This document shows positions 21,425-32,620 of a stretch of 64,000 bases of DNA, one piece after another. The stretch comes from an uncultured delta proteobacterium (GTDB lineage Bacteria > Desulfobacterota > Syntrophobacteria > Syntrophobacterales > Syntrophobacteraceae): positions 160,001-224,000 of the forward strand of contig CAWEHK010000008.1 of the NCBI GenBank assembly GCA_963808625.1, written 5' to 3'. Made by a program: the position numbers and the translations under genes. The notes under the pieces were generated by a model. The model saw nothing but the letters and a program-made list of their open reading frames with translations. It had not been told where the DNA came from and made no database searches. Within the stretch, counting starts at the first letter, position 1, and every line of letters begins with the position of its first letter.

Positions 21425-21442
21425 TACAGCTCGGCCTGAATG

Positions 21443-21520
21443 AGTGTCCGATTTCCCAATTTTGTTGCTGGATTCCCGCCAGGAGCATGCGGGAATGACG
21501 ATCGGGGATAATGGACACTT
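21443..21520. repeat. GTGTCC...GGACACT family element (half core)
   Basis: agtgtccg...ctggattcccgccaggagcatgcgggaatgacg...ggacactt. Confidence 0.65.
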
Positions 21521-21537
21521 CATTGGCTGGTGTTATA

Positions 21538-22449
21538 CTACGGTCCCGCATTGCCTGGTCCAAGGGCATAACCGGCCATTTCTCCCAGGGCGCCCGTGAT
21601 CAGTCCCAGCAGCAGTGCCGGGATGATTCCCGGCAGCAGGTCCCGGCTCTTACCCGATCGCCGGATGTCCTTCCAGATCCGCCTGAACCGTACCAGCGGG
21701 ATAAGAGGGGCCCCCCCTGCGTAAAGAACGCGGCGAAGCACTGGCCATGACCGCGCGCGTGCCTCTGCAAAGGAACGACCACAGCCAAAATGTTCCTGTA
21801 CGGAAGCTGGGAGAGACTCGAAGTTGTGATGATAGACTTTCGCTCTGGGATCGAGATACAGATCATGCCCCCTGGCCCGCAGGCCCCGGTGCATGACACT
21901 GTCCTGGGCCCCATCCAGTAAAGAGTCCAGTTCCGGACCGTAGTCCAGCAGAACGTTCCTTTTATAGGAGCTGTTTTCGCCTGGAATATCGTCCGATATC
22001 CCGCCCTCTGTGCCTTCGATCCACGGTCCATAAAGGATGAATAGATTAGCCCAGCTCATGGTGGTGCCGGGGTTCGCATTGCCGATAACCGGCCCCACCG
22101 CTGCCCACGGCTGCGCGTGTGCCTCCAGGAGAGCCTCTGCCCATCCCGAAGCGGGGTAAGCATGATCTTCAATAAAGGCCACCACCGGCGCCATCGCCTC
22201 GTGAACCCCAACGGCCCTGGCCCGGCCCCTCGAGAAACGCTCCCCTACCGCGATGACCCGCACGGCCCAGAACCCCTCCCTCTCAGATTCGGTGAGGCCG
22301 ATCTCTGCTGCTGATGGGGCCACAATCATCAGCTCAAGGCGGTCGCTGAGCGTCTGTTTTCGGAGATGTTTGACCGTCTCGCGTATCGTTGGGCAGTGGT
22401 CCGGCTGGACGATGACTACCGACATCTCCGGAAAACTCCGAGCACTCAT
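21538..22449 (-). CDS. GT2-like glycosyltransferase
   Basis: MSVVIV, RARAVG, VAFIEDH, GENSSYKR; hydrophobic C-terminus. Confidence 0.78.
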   Translation of the reverse strand: MSARSFPEMSVVIVQPDHCPTIRETVKHLRKQTLSDRLELMIVAPSAAEIGLTESEREGFWAVRVIAVGERFSRGRARAVGVHEAMAPVVAFIEDHAYPASGWAEALLEAHAQPWAAVGPVIGNANPGTTMSWANLFILYGPWIEGTEGGISDDIPGENSSYKRNVLLDYGPELDSLLDGAQDSVMHRGLRARGHDLYLDPRAKVYHHNFESLPASVQEHFGCGRSFAEARARSWPVLRRVLYAGGAPLIPLVRFRRIWKDIRRSGKSRDLLPGIIPALLLGLITGALGEMAGYALGPGNAGP

Positions 22450-22577
22450 GGTCGAAACCTCCTCATCAAATCCTCGTCTTGAACCCTTGAGTCCTTTGCG
22501 TCCCTGAAAGTCCCTTTTGTCTCTCCTTAGTGCTGAAAAACAAAAAACCTAACCTTCACGCATATCCCAGCCAAGGC

Positions 22578-23705
22578 TCAGCGAAAAAAATACTCCTCCA
22601 CGATATCCTCCGTACTGCAAGAGCCGCCTTCAAAAGCATTGGTACACTCAGCACAGAGCCTAAGCTTTCGATAATCCGCGCTAAATTGGCTACGAAGCCG
22701 CTTGTAGGGAGCGCCGAACCAGATCTCTTTGAAGCTTGTTTGCTCGAGGTCGCCAAGCACGCTCCTCTCATGTGGGTCAAAGGTGCATGGACATACTTTG
22801 CCGTCCCAATGGATCGCCGGGTTGTTCCAAAGGGTCTTGCAGGGATTGCGCTTACGCCGAATGCGGGAATGCGTTTTCGAATCAAATGTAAACCGCTGGT
22901 AGCGGGAGTTTTCCGGAAGGAATTCGCTCCCGTCTTTTTTCGTCGCGCAATATTCTCCGTCGTCATAGGGATAGAGGGTCCTGAGGGTCAGCGCATCCAC
23001 TCCGAGATCTCTGGCAAAATCAATCAGCTCCGGGATCTCGTGCTCATTGTGCTTCATCACAATAAAGCGCAGATTGATCAGGGGAGTAGTTGAACCCAGG
23101 GCCTGTTTGGCCGCTACAACCTGCCTGATGGCGGCCACGACCGTCTTCAAATCCCCGCCTTCCCGGTATCTCTCATAGGTCTCCTGACGAATCCCGTCGA
23201 TGGCAAAAATCAGGGAGTCGATGCCCGAGTTCACCACATTCTCCGCGTTTTCTCGCCGGGCAAAAACGTGACCGTTGGTGCTCGAAACCACCTTGATGCC
23301 GCGTCTTTTTGCATACGCAATCATCTCGTAGACAGCCGGGTTGAGGAAAGGTTCTCCCCAGTCCCAGAGCAAAATCAGGAAAACATGGTCACCTATTTCA
23401 TCGATGAGTTTGGTGAAGAGCTTTGGGTTCATGAATCCTTTCGGTCGATCCATGCCTTCGGTGACGGGGCAAAGCGTGCACCTCAGGTTGCAGCGGTTGG
23501 TGGGTTCTACCTGCAGGTGGGTGGGCCATCCCCACGGCACCTGTGGTCTGAAATAAACCGATGCCTCAACCAGTAGCCAGTTCATGATTTTTTTCAGGGG
23601 CACCTTGTCAAACCGAAAAGGGATATGATCGCACTCGATTTCCAGGCTTTTCGTCGTCAGGGCACTGATGGCTTTCATCAGGTTAGAGCTTAGAATTTTC
23701 AGCAC
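22578..23705 (-). CDS. Radical SAM/SPASM-twitch protein
   Basis: CNLRCTLC, WGEPFLNP, STNG, CKTLW...WDGKVCPC...CAEC. Confidence 0.9.
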   Translation of the reverse strand: MLKILSSNLMKAISALTTKSLEIECDHIPFRFDKVPLKKIMNWLLVEASVYFRPQVPWGWPTHLQVEPTNRCNLRCTLCPVTEGMDRPKGFMNPKLFTKLIDEIGDHVFLILLWDWGEPFLNPAVYEMIAYAKRRGIKVVSSTNGHVFARRENAENVVNSGIDSLIFAIDGIRQETYERYREGGDLKTVVAAIRQVVAAKQALGSTTPLINLRFIVMKHNEHEIPELIDFARDLGVDALTLRTLYPYDDGEYCATKKDGSEFLPENSRYQRFTFDSKTHSRIRRKRNPCKTLWNNPAIHWDGKVCPCTFDPHERSVLGDLEQTSFKEIWFGAPYKRLRSQFSADYRKLRLCAECTNAFEGGSCSTEDIVEEYFFR

Positions 23706-23834
23706 TGTTCCTTCCTTCGCGTTATCAGGGCCCGGTCAGCACGGCAGGGTCTGGTGGCAATAACCACGATCCGGCACGGGGTTGACCATGCTGATCGCCC
23801 TCTGATTTCCAATACAAGCCACTCGAAAATAGCC

Positions 23835-24828
23835 TCACCGGACCATCCTGTTCAATCGTCGCCGACGCAATCCGTGGCGGATGCATCCGATAGCGAATGC
23901 CAGCCCGCTGTAAACATAGTAGAAACAGTGCCAGGCAAATGCCTTCAAGGCAAACCACAGTCCCCGTTTCCTGCCGAAGAACAAAAAGAGCGGTGCATTG
24001 AGTAAAAACAGCGCCACCATCAGCCCGAGGGAGACCATAAGCAGCGGGGGCCACAACAGCGCTCCCATCATGGTGCCCGAGAATCCCAAAAGCTACCGGG
24101 ACACTTGCGCGGCTCGAGAAGCGCAGGTTCAGATCATTGATGAAGCGCCGGTCCCTCAAAATGAGCTCAGTCCAGGGGAGGGCCCGGCGGAGGAAGTCTG
24201 ATTCCAGCAGCGAGGCCACTCTCCAATGCTTCAAATGCTTGACCTGCAGGGACTTCAAGAGCCTGATTTCATAACCGGCGCTTTTCAGGCGGTAGCCCAA
24301 TTCGATATCTTCAATCGACGGATGGCGATAGGTCGCATCGAACCCTCCCATTTCAAGAAAAATCCGGCGACGAATCGCGCCGCACGCACCCCAGAAGGTC
24401 GAGGCGTCTTCGCGTGCCGTCTGGTGGGTATGGTGATGGAAAAGGTTCTTATACTGAGAAAGGAAGTTGGGGACGTCGGGAGTATCATCGTAAGATCCGA
24501 TAAGCGCCGCGAGCCCGGGTTCTTTCTCGAACGCGCCCGCAACCTGCCTGAGTGCGTCCGGCGGAATGGTTACGTCGGCATCCGTGAAAAAGAGAATGTC
24601 GCCGTGGGCGCTCTCGGCCCCAAGATTGCGAGCGTTCGCCGGACCTTGTGGGGCGGGAGTTCGCACAATGATCGCGTCGAAATTCTCTGCCAGACGCCAG
24701 GAACCATCAGAGTCGCCATCAGCCACGACAATGAGTTCATCGTCACCGGACCTGGCTGCGGCGATGCTTTCAAGACACCGGCGGAAGCTTTCGCCCCCAC
24801 CGTGAACCGGAACAATTACGGATACCAT
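23835..24828 (-). CDS. GT2 glycosyltransferase (frameshift near 24090)
   Basis: VSVIVPV, IVVADG, GPANARNLG, FFTDAD, IEDIELGYRL. Confidence 0.88.
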
Positions 24829-25037
24829 TGTCTGCCTCTTGTGTCTCCCTTCCGTTTGCCCCCGAAGAAGCCGCGGAGAAACCACCCACTCTCCTTCGGC
24901 AACAGTCGGCCCCATGACCCAACGTGGCCATCGGGAAGCTTCTCGTTGAGAAGGCGGCGAATGGAGGAGTTACTTGTTGCCAAATTCAAAAGTTTATTGC
25001 AAGGATATTCTGTCATCGAAAAATTTGAGAACAGGGG

Positions 25038-27137
25038 TTGCTGGTGAGCGCCAAACTAAAGTCAAAGGCAAAAACGGCAGTTGTAGTTAAGGAACCTCAG
25101 AATTCAACCCGGGCGGTCAATTTGCCGCCTTTTTCCATACCGATGCTTATTTTGTTGATTGGTTTGATATCCTCGTGTGTCATCCATTTCAGCCATCTAA
25201 GCTCCTGGAATGACGTCAAGGGTTCCTATTACTATGACAATGACCTCCCTCTTCTACTGACCGCCGATGGCTACTACTATCTGCGCCTCAGCTCAGATCT
25301 TACAGACGGCCAGTATAATGAAGTGGACGAACTGAGACCAGGGCAGACAAGACCAACTCCAATACCTCTACTTGCCAGATTGACGTCAGTTACGCATCAA
25401 ATCACTCAGATACCTCTTGAGAAAATCGCTTTCTATATCCCTCCAATCCTGGCTTTGTTAATGTTTTCCGTCTACCTTTTGTGGGGGTATGCAATCAGTG
25501 GGGCCGTGGTCGCTTTTTACTCATTATTGGCTGGAATTTCAAGCCCATGCTGGTACGGGAGCACTTGCCTGGGAAAATTTGATACGGATGTTTTAAATCC
25601 AGTTTTTGTGTACTTGATTTTGTACACAATGTACCGATTTGTAACAATTCAAGCCCGTAGCAGGTATATATACTTATTTGCTTCCATTCTGATATCCTTA
25701 ATATTTGGCCTCTGGTGGGACAATGTCAGATATCTTGGCATTTTTTTGGTTATATCAGTGTATTGTTTGAGCATTTTTCTGCCCTCATCCAAGATAGAGA
25801 GAGTCATCAAATCAATCCTTATCGTCATCCTATGTCTCATTGGAATAGCAGTTCTTTTCGATTTGCACTCCTTCTTTCCCGCCCCCCTGGATCGGCCGAT
25901 TCGCATTGCGTCGTTCTATCTGAACCTGACCTTAAAAGCGACCGGCTCCGAATTTCCGGATGTGGGGGAGAACATCAAGGAACTGCGGGCATACTCTCCC
26001 AAAGAATTCATATTCTTCACGGGAGGCTCCATGCGTTACCGTTCTCTTCTCCCTGGTGGGGCTGGTGGTGCTGTTTTGGCGTAAAAGAGCGGTCGCCCTG
26101 TGCCTCCTCCCCGGGCTTGCCCTCGGGCTTGGTGCTCTGCTTTCCCGACGCTACCTGATTTTCTTTGTTCCTCTCTACGCCCTCGGGTTCGGTTATTTTC
26201 TGGGGGAGGTTTTCTTAAACAGTGCCTACGTGCAGCGATGGCTGAAAAAACCGATCGCCTTCTGCGCCTCTTTGGTCCTTTGCTGTCATCCTGCTGATTC
26301 ACGCCTTTTGCCCACTGTCTAACGAAAACGATGATTCCCCGATTCACCGCTGACCGCGTTCCCCTGGCCCGCTCGCTGAAGACCGAAACGCCGCCGCAAA
26401 CGACCGTGTGGGCGCACTGGGACGAAGGCTTCTTCCTCCAGTACTTCGGCCGCAGGAGAACCTTCATTGATGGGAGCATGCAGAGCCCCTTGAGGTTTTT
26501 CCTGAGCGCCTTCCCGTTGAGGTGTGACAATCCGGTGTTGGCAGCAAACTGGATGCGCTTCTTCAGTGTTAATGACATACCAGGCTTTCACGCCTTGAGG
26601 ACGCAACTGGGGAGTACTGAAAAGACCGTTGCTTTGCTGAAACAGGTGCTGGCCAACCCGGACCAGGCAGAGAAGATCCTGACCGATTTCGGCCTTGAAC
26701 CCGATGAGTGGAAAGGCCGCCTCTTTCCCGACTCAGCAAGTGCCTCATTTCTTACTCCTGACTTGCTGGGTAAATCATATTGGTGGTTTTACGGTTCGTG
26801 GAATGTGCAGGAGCAAAGTGGCAGACAATTATCGATTGGCCAGGTTGACAGCCGTGTTGGTTCGCCTCAGGACAAGAACCCAAAAGGGACTATCGGCCCA
26901 TACAAATATGGCATGATTTTCGACATAGATTCCTCCGGGGTAAGGATCGAGGAACTCGATTCACAAGCCGAATATGTTCTCATCAGGATGAAAGGGCAAC
27001 CACACAGCTACCTTGCTGAAAGAGAGCTCCTCCGCTCGCTGGTGGGGCGTCTGCTCTATGCGGACCCAAACCGGACCGAGCCCTTTCGCACCATCCTCTA
27101 CAAACCCTTGGTTGGCGGTGTCTGGGCGGTCAACTGA
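25038..27137 (+). CDS. STT3/PglB-like oligosaccharyltransferase (frameshifts near 26035 and 26290)
   Basis: LTADGYYY, GKFDTD, NIKEL (TIxE-like), SRRY, many TM helices; soluble domain WAHWDEGF...TFIDG at the WWDYG position. Confidence 0.8.
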
Positions 27138-27163
27138 TGCCTTCTATCCTTCGCGAGATTTGA
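27121..27163 (+). repeat. Direct repeat copy 1 (43 bp; partner at 28208-28250)
   Basis: First 23 bp identical (tctgggcggtcaactgatgcctt); 38/43 overall by manual count. Confidence 0.85.
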
Positions 27164-27213
27164 TGAGGTCAGGTGAGGAGTGTGTTCATGGACTCTATTG
27201 GAGCAGGAAGGAC

Positions 27214-27612
27214 TCAAGGAATCAGGTCAAAACCCTGTTCGGCGAAATGTGGGTCAAACGCGAACGCGGTCTTGATTCCCGAAGCACGCATGACCTCAAA
27301 GCTGACACAGTCGACAAGGCTCAGCCGCCGCTTGGACACAGCCAGCAAAGCGGCGATCCCCAAGCGATGGAGAGTGGAACTCACGAACTCAACATGAATC
27401 ATCGGCATCAAGTCATCATGGAAGCCCCGGACTGCCTTCAGCCCGAGCCGGCTCTGCAAAAGGGCAAAGGTCTCGACAAGAATGTAATTGCTGGAAATCA
27501 GTGTGTGCTCGCTTTGAATTATCTCGCTCCAGGCCTGCTTTGCAGATTCATGGTTCTGATCGTCTCTGTCCATCAGGGCATACAGGGCTGAGGTATCGAC
27601 CATGATTTTCAT
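27214..27612 (-). CDS. vapC: PIN-domain toxin
   Basis: MVDTSALYAL, ILVET, LSLVDCVSF, FAFDPHF. Confidence 0.92.
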   Translation of the reverse strand: MKIMVDTSALYALMDRDDQNHESAKQAWSEIIQSEHTLISSNYILVETFALLQSRLGLKAVRGFHDDLMPMIHVEFVSSTLHRLGIAALLAVSKRRLSLVDCVSFEVMRASGIKTAFAFDPHFAEQGFDLIP

Positions 27613-27857
27613 TCCCGGAATGCCTCCGCGAGATGACTATCGTGCCTGGTCGAAACGTCACTCTTGCCCGAACGGAATTTACCGACAATCTCCAGAGCCC
27701 GCTTTCGTTGATCTTCCCGAGCTTCGGCGGGAGCGGCCGCAAGCATCATGTCGACGGCCCGCCTCACCACCGCGGCCAGGGACTCCCCCTGGGCGGCGGC
27801 GACCCTCTTTATGGCTTTGACCTGCTCTTTCGTTAACTGGATCTGCGTTCTAATCAT
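27609..27857 (-). CDS. Ribbon-helix-helix (CopG-like) antitoxin
   Basis: MIRTQIQLT...SLAAVVRRAVD...DVSTRHDSHL; 4-bp overlap with vapC; GGAGG RBS. Confidence 0.85.
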   Translation of the reverse strand: MIRTQIQLTKEQVKAIKRVAAAQGESLAAVVRRAVDMMLAAAPAEAREDQRKRALEIVGKFRSGKSDVSTRHDSHLAEAFRE

Positions 27858-28207
27858 GCTGCCTCCTGTGATTACACATGTGACTGCATGATAGCACTCG
27901 GCATCCTCTTCGTCAAATCGCTCATTCCGGGAGCCACCGTGAGCTTCGCCCGGTGCTTTGCCATTTCCGAGTTCTTCCTGAGTGGCGGGTGGAGAAATTG
28001 AGTCTCCGCATTTTGTCATTGCACCGGAAGAGAATTGGTGGTGACGCACAGGATAGCCTTGGTCACCACGGAGTAGTGTTCGTACTGAACAATAGAATCG
28101 ATAATTCTAACAAATAGAAAGGAAAGGCCAACGCGCTGATCTTCCCTGACCTGGATGCCGGAAATATTTCCGAGAAACTGAGCGAACGTCTCGGCGGCGG
28201 CGCGATT

Positions 28208-28250
28208 TCTGGGCGGTCAACTGATGCCTTTTACGCTTCACGCGATTTGA
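28208..28250 (+). repeat. Direct repeat copy 2
   Basis: Matches 27121-27163. Confidence 0.85.
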
Positions 28251-28737
28251 CCGCCCGTGCCGCAATGAAATTGCCCGTCAGGGTGCGGAGCGGCGCCGGC
28301 GAAAGCACTTCGAAGCGCTGCATCTCCGTGAGCAGCCTTTGGGAGGTTCGTGGGGAGCAATAACGTTCCAGGAGGCGCGCCGGCGTGTATCGCAGGCCAT
28401 TTTGGGAAATGCACCACGGCGGTCAGATCGACTTCTTTCAGGCGAGCTTCCGTCAGGTATCTGCGCAGTTGCGCCGGCCCACAAGTCGCGCCCACGTAAT
28501 CGGGGGTAAGCCCAAGGCGCGTTCGCCACTTATGAGGGATCGCGTTGCGCAAGGCTATTACCGGGTTGGAAAGATTGTCCAGGGTAATGAGCAGCTCACC
28601 GCCCGGAGCCAACAGAGATGCCAGGCTGTTCAGCGCCTTGCGTAATTCGGTTGCGGTGGCGAAGTGATCCAGGGTGGAGGTCGAAACAATGATATCAAAG
28701 GTCTCCGCCAGAAATGCCGGGGCCCGGATATCGCATT
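28238..28737 (-). pseudogene. C-terminal half of a class I SAM methyltransferase
   Basis: CDIRAPAFLAETFDIIVSTSTLDHF...LLAPGGELLITLDN; SAM-binding motif I missing. Confidence 0.7.
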
Positions 28738-28932
28738 GTTAGCTATGGGCTGATGACCACCGTCCAGGTCGATGATACTGAGGCGCCGCACCCCCAGTCC
28801 GATCCCCTTCCCTTCATGGAACCCCTCACTGTCGGGGCCTCGGTGAGCGATGACGCGCGTCATTCTCGCCAGGATTTCGTGGCTGACGCGTTCATCTGAA
28901 GACCGACCGGCAAAACCGCAAATCCCACACAT
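28738..28932 (-). pseudogene. asnB: N-terminal ~65 codons of a glutamine-hydrolysing asparagine synthase-like amidotransferase
   Basis: MCGICG...HRGPD...RRLSIIDLDGGHQPIAN, then similarity ends abruptly. Confidence 0.85.
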
Positions 28933-28935
28933 ATC

Positions 28936-29974
28936 TTATGACTGCCTCTCCCGATCGAGAATACAGGCCGTGCCCAGCGGCACAGCGTTCCCGTCTCGCC
29001 AAACCAGGAGGCCCCGTGCACCCTCTGCCAGGTGAAGCGTCTGCGGCGGAAAAACCCAGATCCCGGAGTGGGGCCACGAGTCGAAACCGGGCGTGGCACC
29101 GAACCGGTGCTTATGCACAAAGACACCATCTTCCGTATGAGGCCGGCTGCGCAGCAGGTCTACCACTTTCATTGAGTGCTCGAGCGCCCACCGGATGAGG
29201 TAGTAATAAGTAGCGGAAAGCGCCCCCTGGCGCAATAAGTCCGCATAGTCCCCCCGCAGCCCGAAGGCAAAGGCCAGGACTTCCGCCTTTTGCCGCCGAC
29301 AGACCAGGCCGGAGATCCACTGGCCTCCCTGGAAAACCTTGAGGAGGAAGCCGCTCCGCATCGCTGCATCCAATTCATGAAAGGTGCGCAGGTGAGCCGC
29401 TCTTTCGAATCGGCGGAGAATGTAGGGGCAATAGAACTCGCGGTAAAATTCCTCCAACTCCCCTCGGTCCTGCACCAATTGACAATGCAATCCATAGCGT
29501 CGCACCTTACGGCCGTAAACACCGTCGATGCTCCGAACGCGCGTCCGGTACGCCAGGGCCCTCGAGCTGGATTTTTTGACGTATCCAGGGCAGAGTCACG
29601 AAGCCGCATGGGGGAACCAATCCGGAAAGCAGCCTGTTGACCTCTATGTACAGCAGGGATTCGCCCCGGCGTCTCATGATTTCCGCAGGCAGCCGAGCCA
29701 GCGCAATCGAGTCCGGCCCCAACGGTCCAATGCCCTTGTGGAGGCCCCCGAGGTAGGGCAGGCTCTCACCCTCTCCGACATAGATCGCCCTTTCAAAGCC
29801 GGCGCCCAAGACCACGCGCGACAGCCGCAGAGACCGTCCCAGGAGGGCAAAGCGTTTAAACCAGCTTACCACCTGGTAAAGCTGAGGATCAGATGGCTCC
29901 CGCAGGCCTGCACGGCGGGAGAAGCTATCCTTGTTTTGGCCACAATCCTTCATTTTGGCGCACTCAGGAAACAA
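28936..29974 (-). CDS. Hypothetical protein with GNAT/FemAB-like C-terminal domain (frameshift near 29510)
   Basis: LEEFYREFY...ATYYYLIRWALE...VDL...GVFVHKHRFGA resembles acyltransferase-like folds found in glycan loci. Confidence 0.5.
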
Positions 29975-30118
29975 CCGCAGAGCACGCTGAGATCGCAGAG
30001 AAAGGCAATGACTTCAAATCGAAACCTCTCTGCACTGCGAATGTTCAGTGTCTTGAAATGTCATCAAGATTTCTCTTTAGCTCTTTGTCTCTGCGCCTTC
30101 TCTGCGCTCTCTGCGGTT
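29973..30118. repeat. ACCGCAGAG...CTCTGCGGT palindromic element
   Basis: aaccgcagagcacgctgagatcgcagaga ... tctgcgccttctctgcgctctctgcggtt; relative at 32481-32551. Confidence 0.6.
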
Positions 30119-30223
30119 AATTCTTTTGGTTGCGGCCGTGGCCTGCCCTGCGCTCACCGTGGTCGACAAAAAACCCATCCTTAACGAGTACAACAACCCT
30201 TGGAGTTCGGGCCCTCGGGGCCC

Positions 30224-31316
30224 TCACTCATGGTCCTTCTGGTAAAAGACAGATTTAAGACAGCTTTGATGCAGCTTCATTTCCGCCCAACAGCCCCCCC
30301 GGCAGGCACTCAAATGGTCACACCCGGCGCAGGACTCAGGCGTTTGCCATCGTCTCAGATCTTTGAAGCCCTTGCGCCAAATTACCGAAAATGGCCGCTC
30401 GCGGATATTTCCTTCGGCAAGGCGAAGGTCGTAGACCTGCTGGCAAGCGATGACGGAGCCCCCGGGCATGATCGCACAGCGGGTAAGGCCGGCGCCGCAA
30501 AAGAAGGGTTTCGTCAAGGGCATGCCGGTAAAACAGTTCAGATAGGTGTGGGACTCGCCCAGGGCCACCGGCATAACCTTCCTGCTCGTCGTGACAAATT
30601 CCACCAGTTGACGCAGTTGTGGACCGTTCAAGCGAAACCGGTCCTGGCCTTCGGCCCGCCCCACTTGTTGCATGGGCGTGAGATGCCACCGTGTCGCCCG
30701 GGAATTACTCACAATGCTGAGCATTTCCGGAAGGAGGTGAAAATTCTCGGGATGCACGACGGTATTGACAATCCTGAGAGGGACCCCGCGGTCAGCGAAA
30801 TGGTCCAGCGATTCCATCACCCGGTTAAAGGAACCTTTGACCCTCGCGGCGTCGTGGAAGCGGCGGGGGCCGTCAAGGCTGGTGAAGTACATGAAGTAGC
30901 GACCCCGCTCCAGTTCAGGCCACCGTTTTCGTGTCAAGAACCCGTTACTCACAAGCCCCAACCACAAATCCTTCCTTTTTGCATAGTTCACAATCGTTCC
31001 GAGGTCCTCGCGAACCAGAGGTTCCCCCCCGGAGATGACGAGACGTTTGGCCCCCATTGCGGCAAGGTCATCGATCAGAGAGAAAACCTCTTCCGTGGTA
31101 AGCTCATCCGCTTGAGCGACGTTTGCAGAGGCCTCACAGAAATCACATTGGAAATTGCATCGATACGTTGCAAGCCACTGTACAAAAGTGATCGGCTTCA
31201 GCCAACCAAGCCGATGAAGGAGGAGGCATGTCCCTCTTCTTCAGGGTCGCGGCCTTCCTGGCATAAAGCTTTCTCACCACCGGCAAGGCAAGCAGCAGAT
31301 GGTCAAATCGGTCCAT
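30224..31316 (-). CDS. Radical SAM/SPASM protein (frameshift near 31230)
   Basis: YRCNFQCDFC in frame upstream of the tracked ORF; SGGEPL, CGAG...IAC...GNI...CAGCDHLSACRGGC. Confidence 0.88.
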
Positions 31317-31396
31317 ACAATGCCCCTTGTTTTCTCAGCCAGGCGGGACCCTTACACCATTCGAGGCGACGAATGAGGGGGCGAGCAACAGCGAGC

Positions 31397-32398
31397 CTAG
31401 CGCTTCACCACGCCCATGATGACGCCCGAATCGTTTGTTCCCCGAAAGGGCAGTCGCCGGATTTCACCTACGCCCGCATTGCTCAACATCTCCGCGATTT
31501 GCGCCCCGGAATAGGCCTGGCCACCGTTGGTACCGAGGAGCATGTTCAGTGAAAACAACGTCGGGAACAGGGGACCGTCCATGGTGTCGTCCAGAAGGAA
31601 TTCGTGGACCAGGATCAGACCACCCGTTTCCAACGCCGCCACCGCCTTCCCGACAATCATCTGACAGTCCTCGGGGCTCTCTCCGTGAAGGATTTGCGAA
31701 AGCCAGGCGACATCATAGCTCCCCTTGATCTCGCCTTGCACGTAGTCACCCTCCATAAAGTCGATGCGGCCGGTCATGCCGAACCTGGCAATCGTCTTTT
31801 CGGCAAACGGTCTGGTCGTCGGAAGGTCATAGACCGTTCCCCGCATCTGAGGATTGTTGAGGCAGAAGTGGATTGCATAGGTCCCGGGTCCTCCTCCCAG
31901 ATCAAGGAAATGCCGACGCCCGGAAAGATCGATGGTTTTGGTCAGCTCCGGGGCAACGGTCATGGCGATGTTGAACATGCCCATGAGGAAGCTTTCCCGT
32001 TTCTCGTCATCGTCGAAGGACACTCTCCCCCTGACCGCTTGCCCCGTTCGCACCGCTTCATCCAGTCGCGACCAGGACTCCACCAGGTGGTGGTGATGCA
32101 TGATCATGAACCCGAGGTAGTGAGGCGAGTCTTTGCATAAAAAGGTCAGGCTGCCCGATGTGTTGCCATACCGGCCTTCGCTCTTGGACAAAAAATCCAT
32201 GGCGGTGAGGGCATTGAGCAGCATCACCAGGGCCCTTTCGTCCACGTTCAGCTTCTTGGCGACTTCCCGTCCGCTGAGGCTCTCCTTACCAATCGCCGTA
32301 AACACGTCGAGCTTCACTCCGGCATGGAGCGTGCAAACTTTCCAATAGTATCCCGACAACTCCAGGATTCGCCCGGGATTCCATTCCGGCACGTTCAT
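31397..32398 (-). CDS. SAM-dependent O-methyltransferase with N-terminal dimerisation domain
   Basis: LDLGGGPG, YDLP, FMEGD, WLSQILH. Confidence 0.9.
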   Translation of the reverse strand: MNVPEWNPGRILELSGYYWKVCTLHAGVKLDVFTAIGKESLSGREVAKKLNVDERALVMLLNALTAMDFLSKSEGRYGNTSGSLTFLCKDSPHYLGFMIMHHHHLVESWSRLDEAVRTGQAVRGRVSFDDDEKRESFLMGMFNIAMTVAPELTKTIDLSGRRHFLDLGGGPGTYAIHFCLNNPQMRGTVYDLPTTRPFAEKTIARFGMTGRIDFMEGDYVQGEIKGSYDVAWLSQILHGESPEDCQMIVGKAVAALETGGLILVHEFLLDDTMDGPLFPTLFSLNMLLGTNGGQAYSGAQIAEMLSNAGVGEIRRLPFRGTNDSGVIMGVVKR

Positions 32399-32620
32399 AA
32401 ACGTTCTCCTTCCCGTCTGATGTTATTTGCCGCATTTCTCGACACCGCTTTACGCATCAGGGTTGAAATCCTTCGCCTTTACCGCACAGACGCAGCGTGC
32501 GCAGAGAATTCAAGCAGGTGTTGTTCCCTGCGGTCTCTGCGTCTCTGCGGTGGGTTCCTGGTTGCCGCCCACGGCCCCGGTGCGGTGTTCACAACCCTTG
32601 GTCCTGATGGTTAAACTTCC

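Noticed and set aside
31240..31243. Selenocysteine UGA in the radical SAM gene at 30224-31316
   Set aside because: Not at a Cys-motif position; a simple frameshift to the ATG at 31316 explains it.
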